Source: Chlamydiales bacterium
GTDB taxonomy: Bacteria > Chlamydiota > Chlamydiia > Chlamydiales > JBDQID01
Direction: 5' to 3'
DNA: 12,604 nucleotides
Assembly: GCA_047611865.1 (NCBI GenBank)
Contig: JBLFWS010000099.1
Span: 1-12,604, forward strand
The notes beneath the pieces were generated by a model. The model was not told the origin of the DNA and made no database searches. It saw nothing but the letters and a program-made list of their open reading frames with translations. The translations under genes and the position numbers were made by a program. Each line of letters starts with the position of its first letter. The first letter of the stretch is position 1. Shown here in pieces: positions 1 through 7,292 of this stretch.

Positions 1-1
1 C

Positions 2-235
2 TTCAGTGAGATCCCCTTGGGGACCAATATCACAGAAGTAGAAGCTAAAATCGGCAGAGCCTATAAAACACGCCCCGTGCCTACAGGCACTGAGCACCTG
101 TATATCGAAAGAATCTCCTTGGGTAAAGACCACAATCTCCAGAAACACTACACCTTCACCTACTCCAATGGCTTAGTAATAAACAAGTCGGCCAAGGAAA
201 TAGAAGAACCTACCCTCAAAGCAAACTTTTATTGA
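2..235 (+). CDS. 3' part of a small hypothetical protein, possibly SmpA/OmlA (BamE)-like; truncated by the window edge
   Basis: Frame is open from position 2 (FSEIPLGTNITEVEAKIGRAY...) to TGA at 233-235, so the TTG at 17 is probably internal. 'IPLGTNITEVEAKIGRAY' resembles the 'I..G.s..eV...lG.P' start of SmpA/BamE-like folds, followed by predicted beta strands (HLYIER, HYTFTYSNGLVINK). Confidence 0.5.
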   Translation, partial: FSEIPLGTNITEVEAKIGRAYKTRPVPTGTEHLYIERISLGKDHNLQKHYTFTYSNGLVINKSAKEIEEPTLKANFY

Positions 236-240
236 GTATT

Positions 241-717
241 ATGGAAAACACCAAACAGATTTTCATGGAAAAGGCAATCGCAAGTGCCCGGGAGGGTATC
301 ACTTGCAATCACGGTGGCCCATTTGGAGCCTGCATTGTTAAGGATGGAGAAGTTATTTCCACCGGACACAATACTGTCATCCGTGACAACGACCCTACTT
401 GTCATGCAGAAATGAATGCCATTCGTGAAGCCTGCAAAAAACTCAACTCTCATATTCTCAAAGACTGTGAACTTTACACCACCGCAGAGCCCTGCCCCAT
501 GTGCCTGGCAGCGATATATTGGGCCCGCATCCCCAAAATCTTTGTTGGGGCTCACCGGGAAATAGCTGCCAATTTTGGATTCGATGATGACTTTTTCTAT
601 AAAGAGCTTGTTCTTCCTTTCAGTGAACGGCAGGTGGAAACGGTCGAAAATATTTTAAGCGATGAGTGTCAAAAAGTCTTTTCCGAGTGGAAAGAACTAC
701 AGCGTCCTCTATACTAA
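241..717 (+). CDS. guaD: Guanine deaminase / zinc-dependent nucleoside deaminase (cytidine deaminase superfamily)
   Basis: GGPFGACIV, DPTCHAEMNAIREAC (HAE motif), EPCPMCLAAIYWARI (PCxxC) and GFDD, typical of Bacillus-type GuaD. ATG at 241 is preferred over TTG at 232. Confidence 0.85.
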   Translation: MENTKQIFMEKAIASAREGITCNHGGPFGACIVKDGEVISTGHNTVIRDNDPTCHAEMNAIREACKKLNSHILKDCELYTTAEPCPMCLAAIYWARIPKIFVGAHREIAANFGFDDDFFYKELVLPFSERQVETVENILSDECQKVFSEWKELQRPLY

Positions 718-758
718 TTTCCTGACGTCATCATCTTCTAACATCAAGGTAAGCTATT

Positions 759-2210
759 ATGCCAGAAGCAGACATCGGACTTATCGGCCTCGCCGTCATG
801 GGTCAAAATCTCGTTCTTAACATGAGCGATCACAATTACACCGTTGCCGTTTTCAACCGCACAACTTCAAAAGTTGACGATTTCCTGGATGGAGCAGCAA
901 AAGGTCATAATGTCATAGGGACTCACTCCCTTGAAGAATTCTTTAAGACGCTCCGTCGCCCACGAAAAATCATTCTAATGGTAAAAGCCGGAGCTCCTGT
1001 CGACTCCTTTATCGAGATGTGCATGCCCTTTCTTGAAGCAGGCGATATTCTGATTGACGGAGGCAACAGCCACTTTCCCGACACGAATCAACGCTGCCTC
1101 GCTTTGAAAGAAAAGGGAATTCTTTTTGTCGGAGCCGGCATTTCCGGTGGTGAAGAAGGCGCCCGCCACGGTCCATCAATTATGCCAGGTGGAGATCTAA
1201 ACGCCTGGGAACATCTAAAAGCAATTTTTCAATCTATCTCTGCACGTTCTCAAGATAATCTTCCCTGCTGTGATTGGGTAGGGGATGAGGGGTCTGGCCA
1301 TTACGTTAAAATGGTTCATAATGGCATCGAATATGGTGACATGCAACTAATTTGCGAAGCTTATAACCTCATGGCTCAAGGCCTAAACCTTTCTGCCAAT
1401 GAGCTACATCTCACCTTCAAAGAATGGAACGACAAAGAACTCAATAGCTACCTTATAGAAATTACCAGTCATATTTTCAGTTGTAAAGATGGTGATGGCT
1501 CTCCACTTATTGATAAAATCCTTGACGTTGCTGGACAAAAAGGTACAGGTAAATGGGTAGCTGTTAATTCTCTAGAGATGGGCTTTCCTCTGAGCTTGAT
1601 CACTGAAGCCGTTTTTTCTCGATGCCTTTCTTCAAAAAAAGAAGAGCGGGTTGAGGCTAGTAAAAAACTCTTAGGACCAGGAACAAGCTTTACTGGAGAT
1701 AAAGAAGAATTTATTCAAAGCATTCGCGAAGCTCTATACGCCTCCAAAATAGTTAGCTATGCCCAAGGCTTTGCTCTTATCCAAGAAGCCTCCAGAGATT
1801 ACGGGTGGTCAATAGACCTCAAAAACCTGGCAGTCATTTGGCAGGGTGGATGTATCATCAGAAGTCGCTTTTTAAATAAAATCAAAGATGCCTACCAAAA
1901 AAACCCCTCATTAAAAAATCTTCTTCTGGACGATTTCTTCCTGGAAGAAATTCATAATGCTCAGAAGGGATGGAGAAAAGTAGTCTCTATGGCAGCAGAA
2001 CTTGGAATTCCCACCCCCTGCTTCAGTACCGCTCTAGCATATTATGACGGTTACCGGACTGCACGCCTACCAGCCAATTTACTCCAAGCGCAAAGAGATT
2101 TTTTCGGAGCGCACACCTATGAGCGCGTAGACAAGCCGCGAGGGGAATTTTTCCACACCAATTGGACAGGGACTGGGGGGAGCATCAGCTCCACACAATA
2201 TACTGTGTAA
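759..2210 (+). CDS. gnd: 6-phosphogluconate dehydrogenase, NADP-dependent, decarboxylating
   Basis: GLIGLAVMGQNL Rossmann motif, NRT, IDGGNS, SGGEEGARHGPSIMPGG, KMVHNGIEYGDMQ, GQKGTGKW, QAQRDFFGAHTY; 483 aa. Confidence 0.98.
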   Translation: MPEADIGLIGLAVMGQNLVLNMSDHNYTVAVFNRTTSKVDDFLDGAAKGHNVIGTHSLEEFFKTLRRPRKIILMVKAGAPVDSFIEMCMPFLEAGDILIDGGNSHFPDTNQRCLALKEKGILFVGAGISGGEEGARHGPSIMPGGDLNAWEHLKAIFQSISARSQDNLPCCDWVGDEGSGHYVKMVHNGIEYGDMQLICEAYNLMAQGLNLSANELHLTFKEWNDKELNSYLIEITSHIFSCKDGDGSPLIDKILDVAGQKGTGKWVAVNSLEMGFPLSLITEAVFSRCLSSKKEERVEASKKLLGPGTSFTGDKEEFIQSIREALYASKIVSYAQGFALIQEASRDYGWSIDLKNLAVIWQGGCIIRSRFLNKIKDAYQKNPSLKNLLLDDFFLEEIHNAQKGWRKVVSMAAELGIPTPCFSTALAYYDGYRTARLPANLLQAQRDFFGAHTYERVDKPRGEFFHTNWTGTGGSISSTQYTV

Positions 2211-2226
2211 AAGGGTTATTTTATCA

Positions 2227-2260
2227 TTCCCTGTGTGAGGACTCGTCAGCGCACAGGGAA
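2227..2260 (+). terminator. Stem-loop downstream of gnd (possible terminator or mRNA-stabilising hairpin)
   Basis: TTCCCTGTGTG (2227-2237) pairs with CGCACAGGGAA (2250-2260): 11 bp with one G-U, 16 nt after the gnd stop. No classical U-tract follows. Confidence 0.45.
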
Positions 2261-2306
2261 ATCATCTATCCTTAAATTAGTATCACTTATAATAATAAGC
2301 CCATAC

Positions 2307-2335
2307 TTGAATTTATTGATAAAATGTATTAAGTT
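2307..2335 (+). promoter_or_regulatory. Candidate sigma70/sigma66 promoter of lepA
   Basis: TTGAAT (2307-2312) - 17 bp - TAAGTT (2330-2335), about 40 nt before the lepA ATG. The region is very AT-rich, so chance matches are possible. Confidence 0.3.
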
Positions 2336-2374
2336 CTTATCAAAAATAATTAAGATTTCGGGATACTCTAAAAA

Positions 2375-4186
2375 ATGACCAAATACGACATAAAAAAAAT
2401 TCGCAACTTCTCCATTATCGCCCATATTGATCACGGGAAGTCCACTCTTGCAGACCGTATGCTTGAACTGACAAGAACTGTGGCATCACGTGACATGCAA
2501 GAACAACTTCTGGATGATATGGATTTAGAACGGGAACGCGGTATTACCATCAAAGCTCATCCCGTAACTATGTCGTACAAAGCAAGCTCTGGAGAAGAGT
2601 ATCAAATTAACTTTATCGACACTCCTGGCCATGTGGACTTCACATATGAAGTTTCCCGCTCTCTTGCAGCCTGTGAAGGAGCTCTTCTTGTTGTTGATGC
2701 CACTCAAGGGGTCCAGGCCCAAACCATGGCCAACGTCAACCTGGCTGTAGAACGCAACCTTGAGATTCTCCCTATACTTAATAAAATTGACCTCCCAGCC
2801 TCTGACGTAGAACGCGTAAAAGAACAAATCGAAGAAGTTATTGGCATCCCCGCTGCCGATGCTCTTACGTGTTCAGCGAAAACTGGATCCGGGGTCATTG
2901 AAATCCTCGATCGAATAGTTGAAGTCATTCCATGTCCGGCTGAACCAAAAGATGATATCCTTAGGGCTCTCATTTTTGACTCCCACTACGACAACTATCG
3001 CGGTGTCTTGGTTTACATCCGCGTTGTCAGTGGAGAGATCCGTAAAAAAGATGTAATCAAGATGATGGCCACGGATAAGCAGTTCGACATCAATGAAGTC
3101 GGGATATTTGCTCCGGATGAAACCGCTGTTGATGTACTCAGGCCTGGTGAAGTAGGCTACTTTGTTGCCAACATCAAAAAAACATCTGATGTAAAAATCG
3201 GAGATACGGTCACCTTACAAAAAAAGCCCGCGTCAGAACCTCTCCCTGGATTCCGCCTAATTAAGCCCGTTGTCTTTGCTGGAATATACCCCATCGATTC
3301 CTCTGATTTTGAAGCATTAAGGGATGCTGTTGTCAAATTACAACTTAATGATTCAGCACTGCATATCGAACAAGAAAGCAGTATGGCCCTCGGTTTTGGA
3401 TTCCGCTGTGGGTTTCTCGGTCTTCTTCATCTGGAAATTATTTTTGAAAGGATACAACGAGAATTTGATCTCGACATTATCACAACAGCACCAAGCGTAG
3501 TTTACAATGTTATCTTGCAAGACGGAACTAAAGTCAAAGTAGACAATCCCGTACACTTTCCTGATCCCAGCATCATACAATGCGTCGAAGAGCCTTGGGT
3601 AACTACCCATATCATAGCTCCATCAGAATATCTGGGTGCTATTATGAGCCTGGGAAAAGATAAGCGAGGGCTCTGCGTTAAAACAGATACTATAGACCAT
3701 TCTTCACGCCTGCTTTTGACATACCGTTTCCCCCTAAATGAAATTATCACCGACTTCAATGACAAGCTTAAATCCGTCACTAGAGGATACGGCTCCTTCG
3801 ACTACGAATTCGACGCCTACGAATTGAACGACATTATAAAACTCGAAATCCGAGTGAACGATGAACCAATCGACGCTTTTTCCTGCCTCCTCCATCGCAG
3901 CAAAGCTGAAAGCAAAGGAAGAGCTCTCTGTAAAAAACTCAAAGAGGTCATTCCAAGACAGCTTTTCAAAGTACCCATCCAAGCTGCTATTGGAGGGAAA
4001 ATCATTGCCAGAGAAACCATCGGTGCCCTTTCCAAAAACGTTACAGCAAAATGCTACGGTGGTGACATCTCTCGTAAGCGCAAGCTGTGGGATAAGCAGA
4101 AAAAGGGTAAAAAACGCATGAAAGAATTTGGTAAAGTCAGCATCCCACAACATGCGTTTATGGAAGTACTAAAAGCCAACGAATAA
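2375..4186 (+). CDS. lepA: Translation elongation factor 4 (LepA)
   Basis: [69 protein letters not shown]; 603 aa. Confidence 0.99.
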   Translation: MTKYDIKKIRNFSIIAHIDHGKSTLADRMLELTRTVASRDMQEQLLDDMDLERERGITIKAHPVTMSYKASSGEEYQINFIDTPGHVDFTYEVSRSLAACEGALLVVDATQGVQAQTMANVNLAVERNLEILPILNKIDLPASDVERVKEQIEEVIGIPAADALTCSAKTGSGVIEILDRIVEVIPCPAEPKDDILRALIFDSHYDNYRGVLVYIRVVSGEIRKKDVIKMMATDKQFDINEVGIFAPDETAVDVLRPGEVGYFVANIKKTSDVKIGDTVTLQKKPASEPLPGFRLIKPVVFAGIYPIDSSDFEALRDAVVKLQLNDSALHIEQESSMALGFGFRCGFLGLLHLEIIFERIQREFDLDIITTAPSVVYNVILQDGTKVKVDNPVHFPDPSIIQCVEEPWVTTHIIAPSEYLGAIMSLGKDKRGLCVKTDTIDHSSRLLLTYRFPLNEIITDFNDKLKSVTRGYGSFDYEFDAYELNDIIKLEIRVNDEPIDAFSCLLHRSKAESKGRALCKKLKEVIPRQLFKVPIQAAIGGKIIARETIGALSKNVTAKCYGGDISRKRKLWDKQKKGKKRMKEFGKVSIPQHAFMEVLKANE

Positions 4187-4188
4187 CT

Positions 4189-4923
4189 ATGTTAAAAATC
4201 ACTAAGCTTTCCTTCGGTTTCGAAAGTAATAGGGTCTTGAAGGACCTTTCTTTACACGTAAAAAAAGGCGAAATCGTTAGCATTCTTGGCCCTTCGGGAT
4301 GTGGCAAGACAACGCTATTTCGACTTATCTCCGCCCTTCTGCCACTCCAGAAGGGATGTATTAGCATATCGGGAAAATCATCCCCTGAAAGCAGTCAAGA
4401 TATCAGTTACATGATGCAAGAAGATCTTCTTATCCCTTGGCGGACCATCCTGGATAATGTCACCCTTTTACATGAGCTCGGAAAAGAAAAAAAAGACCTC
4501 GTGGCTATTAAAGCTAAAGCTCTCGATTTGTTAAAAGAGTTGGGCTTAGAAGGCTGTGAATCTCTCTATCCAAAAGAGCTCTCCGGAGGAATGCGCCAAA
4601 GAGTAGCACTGGCACGCAGCCTACTGCAAAATAGGCCTTTGCTCCTCCTCGATGAACCTTTTGGTGCTCTAGATTTTAGAACACGAGAAAATATGTATCA
4701 GCTGATAGTTAACTTACAGCAGCGCTATAAGAAAACTATTCTTCTTATCACCCATGACTTCAATGATGCCTTAGCTCTTTCCCACAAAATTCATGTCCTC
4801 TCAGATGGAAAGCTTAGCGAAGCATGGGATGCCCCTTCGGTAAAATCTTTCGAAAACAACTTCGACACCCACCTTTCTCTTCGAAAGATACTTCTCCAAA
4901 CATCTAGTTCACATGATTCCTAA
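4189..4923 (+). CDS. ABC transporter ATP-binding subunit, NitT/TauT/SsuB(ThiZ)-like
   Basis: Walker A GPSGCGKT, Q-loop YMMQEDLLIPWRT (TauB/SsuB-like), signature LSGGMRQR, Walker B LLLLDEPFGALD, H-loop ITHD. Starts 2 nt after the lepA stop. Confidence 0.92.
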   Translation: MLKITKLSFGFESNRVLKDLSLHVKKGEIVSILGPSGCGKTTLFRLISALLPLQKGCISISGKSSPESSQDISYMMQEDLLIPWRTILDNVTLLHELGKEKKDLVAIKAKALDLLKELGLEGCESLYPKELSGGMRQRVALARSLLQNRPLLLLDEPFGALDFRTRENMYQLIVNLQQRYKKTILLITHDFNDALALSHKIHVLSDGKLSEAWDAPSVKSFENNFDTHLSLRKILLQTSSSHDS

Positions 4924-4932
4924 GACTCAGTT

Positions 4933-4990
4933 AAAGCCAGAAAAATCTACGCTTTTCAACCCTCAACCTTAAACTTGACAGAGCACTAGA
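4933..4990 (-). repeat. Solo/degenerate arm of the palindromic element family
   Basis: CTTGACAGAGCACTAGA (4974-4990) is the exact 17-bp reverse complement of TCTAGTGCTCTGTCAAG (5038-5054). Weaker similarity extends leftwards (AAAGCCAGAAAAATCT vs AAACCAGAAGAAAAAATCT of the full element arm). Confidence 0.7.
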
Positions 4991-5038
4991 ATTTATATAA
5001 GCATAGACTTAAAATAATATTTACAAGCGAGTAACAAT

Positions 5039-5207
5039 CTAGTGCTCTGTCAAGGTTGAATTTGTGGGGATATTTACTGAGATTTTTTCTTCTGGTTTCG
5101 CATGGAGATCGAAGTCAAACATTGGGATGTTGCTGAGATCGAATGTAAGACCAGAGGATAAAAGATCAGTGAAGATACCTACAAATTCAATTTTGATGGC
5201 GCACTAG
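5039..5207. mobile_element. 169-bp palindromic non-autonomous element (MITE / Rickettsia-palindromic-element-like), CTAG at both ends
   Basis: Arms 5039-5103 and 5143-5207 are ungapped inverted repeats with 49/65 identity. The 39-nt centre has a small hairpin AACAT-TGGG-ATGTT flanked by a direct repeat GAGATCGAA. No transposase in the window. Confidence 0.8.
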
Positions 5208-5270
5208 TTCGTGTATCTAAATTAGAGAATGTCTGATTTTGAGGACATTTTATTTTAAAAGGCCTTTCTT

Positions 5271-6344
5271 ATGGATGAGTGTGATTTTTTTAAGCGTGCT
5301 ATTTTGACCCAATTCTATGAAAAAATGCATGTTATGGAAAAAAATAATTGGGATGCCTTTCGTTACCAGAATGATCCAGATGAGCAAAAAGGGCACTTTA
5401 ACCATAATCTACATACAGATTACCTTTTGTTTTTTCTAAAACATTGTCCAGAGATTTACGAAACCTATAAAAGTTTGGAAGATGGCCTATCAAAAATTTG
5501 GATGCAAGACCTTCTGCTGTTTAGACTTTTAGGACATCTCCATGTAAAGCTCTTAAATAATAACAGTCAATTTCTAGGAGCACACAAAAAAGCACAAGCC
5601 CACTTTGTCAAAAAATCCGAATTAAAATTTCGCAGCTATGTGGGTGGAGAACTTTCACTATGTGAAGTCGAATTCTGTGGAGAAAAAATCCAAGTAAATA
5701 CCTGGGTCGAAGCCATAGCTAACATTTTTTATCATAAACAATACTACTTCTCCAGAGAGCAAGAAGTTTGTGCTCCTGAAGTTGGAGATTATGTTATCGA
5801 TGCGGGAGCTTGTCTAGGAGATACAGCTCTTGCTTTTGCTGCAAGTGTTGGCCCTGAAGGGAAAGTTTTTAGCTTTGATATTGTCCCAACCCATCTTGCT
5901 ATTATGAAAAAAAACTTTACAGCTAATCCAAACCTGTCAGACCGTCTTCATATCATTCCAAAGGGCCTGTCTAATAAAACTGTGAAAGCCGATAAAATAG
6001 TGAGTGAACTGAAAGATATCGACCCTGGGGCCCGATTTACTACCGCTGGGATTATTCAAGATTTAACCTCTATTGATGATTTTGTATTCAATGGAGAAAA
6101 GACTTTACCTAGAGTGGATTTTATTAAAATGGATATTGAAGGAGCCGAATTAGAAGCGCTGCAAGGAGCAGAAAAAACATTGCGTATTTTCCGCCCCAAA
6201 TTAGCCATTTCTATTTACCATAAAAATTCAGATTTTACTGATATCCCACGGTTTCTTCGAAATTTATCCTTGGCATATCGTTTTTACATTGACCATCATA
6301 CTATTTACGCAGAAGAAACCATTTTGTATGCCAATGCGAGATAA
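5271..6344 (+). CDS. FkbM-family SAM-dependent methyltransferase with N-terminal extension
   Basis: VIDAGACLGDTAL (motif I), VFSFD, SIDDFV, VDFIKMDIEGAELEALQGA and FRPKLAISIYH, hallmark FkbM/Methyltransf_21 motifs. AAAAGG upstream of the ATG. Confidence 0.92.
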   Translation: MDECDFFKRAILTQFYEKMHVMEKNNWDAFRYQNDPDEQKGHFNHNLHTDYLLFFLKHCPEIYETYKSLEDGLSKIWMQDLLLFRLLGHLHVKLLNNNSQFLGAHKKAQAHFVKKSELKFRSYVGGELSLCEVEFCGEKIQVNTWVEAIANIFYHKQYYFSREQEVCAPEVGDYVIDAGACLGDTALAFAASVGPEGKVFSFDIVPTHLAIMKKNFTANPNLSDRLHIIPKGLSNKTVKADKIVSELKDIDPGARFTTAGIIQDLTSIDDFVFNGEKTLPRVDFIKMDIEGAELEALQGAEKTLRIFRPKLAISIYHKNSDFTDIPRFLRNLSLAYRFYIDHHTIYAEETILYANAR

Positions 6345-6358
6345 CTCCTAAAAGCAAA

Positions 6359-7033
6359 TTAACCAGAACTACCCACCCTCTGATATTGCTCTAACTTTTT
6401 AATAACCTTCTGAATACCCTTAAACATACCCGCCAAGTCATCTGGTTCCATGTATGCTGGTGTCGTAAAAACTTTATTTTTTTCATCAGCAACCATCTCC
6501 TCAACACCCGCTTCCTGAGCTATCATGCCCATTTTTGTTAAATTTTCATTCGCATCAGGGCTTCTACCGAGTGTCATTGTAACCGCTGTGACATCCTGGA
6601 AAATTTTCCCTAAAGCCGCTGGTGCTATGCATGTTGCACCAATCGGTTTAGCCGATTTATAAAAAGAAAGAACTGCTTTCTTACAATCTTCGTTAACAGA
6701 ACAATTCTCCTGCTCTTCGGCAAAAGAGCTGATGTTCAGTGCAACACCAAAGCCCCCAGGAATAAGTAACGCATCAAATTCATCCGAACGAAGTGCAGAA
6801 ACAGGAGATATATTCCCTCTAGCTATCCTAGCCGCCTCAGTAAGAACATTCCTTCTCTCATTGCCTTCATCCTTCCCCGTACGATGATTTACTACCTTTA
6901 CTTGCTCAATATCGGGCGCAAAGCAATGAAATTCATGCCCATTCTGGGCAAGAGCCAAAAGACATAAAACTGACTCATGTATTTCGGCCCCATCGAGATA
7001 ACCACATCCAGATAAAACTACAGCCACTTTCAC
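6359..7033 (-). CDS. elbB: ElbB/ES1-type glyoxalase (DJ-1/PfpI superfamily)
   Basis: KVAVVLSGCGYLDGAEIHESV, RRNVLTEAARIARG, PGGFG, GATCIAP (nucleophile-elbow Cys), TTPAYM. GTG start with Shine-Dalgarno GGGAGGT 4 nt upstream. Confidence 0.93.
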   Translation of the reverse strand: MKVAVVLSGCGYLDGAEIHESVLCLLALAQNGHEFHCFAPDIEQVKVVNHRTGKDEGNERRNVLTEAARIARGNISPVSALRSDEFDALLIPGGFGVALNISSFAEEQENCSVNEDCKKAVLSFYKSAKPIGATCIAPAALGKIFQDVTAVTMTLGRSPDANENLTKMGMIAQEAGVEEMVADEKNKVFTTPAYMEPDDLAGMFKGIQKVIKKLEQYQRVGSSG

Positions 7034-7122
7034 ATTGACCTCCCAAAAGTTGAAGTTCTAAAATTTATTATCTGTATAGCATATTCTCTCTCAGACAAGT
7101 ACAAAAAGCTGCAAGAAAATCA

Positions 7123-7151
7123 TTCACAATCAAATAGATTTCATGTATTCT
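7123..7151 (+). promoter_or_regulatory. Sigma70/sigma66-type promoter driving the structured RNA / uppS-cdsA-cmk
   Basis: TTCACA (7123-7128) - exactly 17 bp - TATTCT (7146-7151). Predicted start near 7157-7158, just before the closing stem at 7162. Confidence 0.55.
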
Positions 7152-7157
7152 TTTAGC

Positions 7158-7268
7158 GTTCGAGCAGGCAAAGATAGTTTCCCAACGACTTTCATTCAGC
7201 ACTTTGTGTCTTTTTATCTGGCACAGATGTTCTACCCCTTCGAGATCCTCAGCTTGCCCTGCTTAGTT
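7158..7268 (+). ncRNA. Candidate ~105-110 nt structured RNA (rod with central bubble; 6S-like sRNA or uppS leader)
   Basis: Closing stem GAGCAGG-CAA (7162-7171) with TTG-c-CCTGCTT (7254-7264); weak mid stem GAT..TTC (7173-7181) with GAGATC (7242-7247); unpaired bubble 7182-7197 / 7232-7241; apical stem AGCA-c-TTTGTGTC (7198-7210) with GGCACAGA-TGTT (7220-7231). Folded by eye; family not recognised. Confidence 0.45.
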
Positions 7269-7292
7269 TAAAAATATAAAGGAAATACTATC

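Noticed and set aside
2246..2434. 62-aa minus-strand ORF across the gnd-lepA intergenic region
   Set aside because: Overlaps the lepA start; its I/F/N/K-rich composition simply mirrors the AT-rich promoter DNA.
229..4367. Antisense or alternate-frame ORFs inside guaD, gnd, lepA and the ABC ATPase (e.g. 229-555, 975-1169, 2525-2827, 2704-2973, 3353-3610, 3502-3780, 3734-4153, 3817-4035, 3861-4121, 4158-4367)
   Set aside because: Fully or almost fully overlap strongly conserved genes and show no recognisable motifs; expected shadow ORFs.
4960..5210. CRISPR array or integron attC interpretation of the repeats
   Set aside because: Repeats are inverted rather than regularly spaced direct copies; no cas or integrase gene; ends are CTAG, not RYYYAAC/GTTRRRY.
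7158..7268. SRP RNA, tRNA or TPP/SAM riboswitch identity for the structured region
   Set aside because: No SRP helix-8 GGAA/AGCAG loop arrangement, no cloverleaf, and no CTGAGA or other riboswitch core recognised on either strand.
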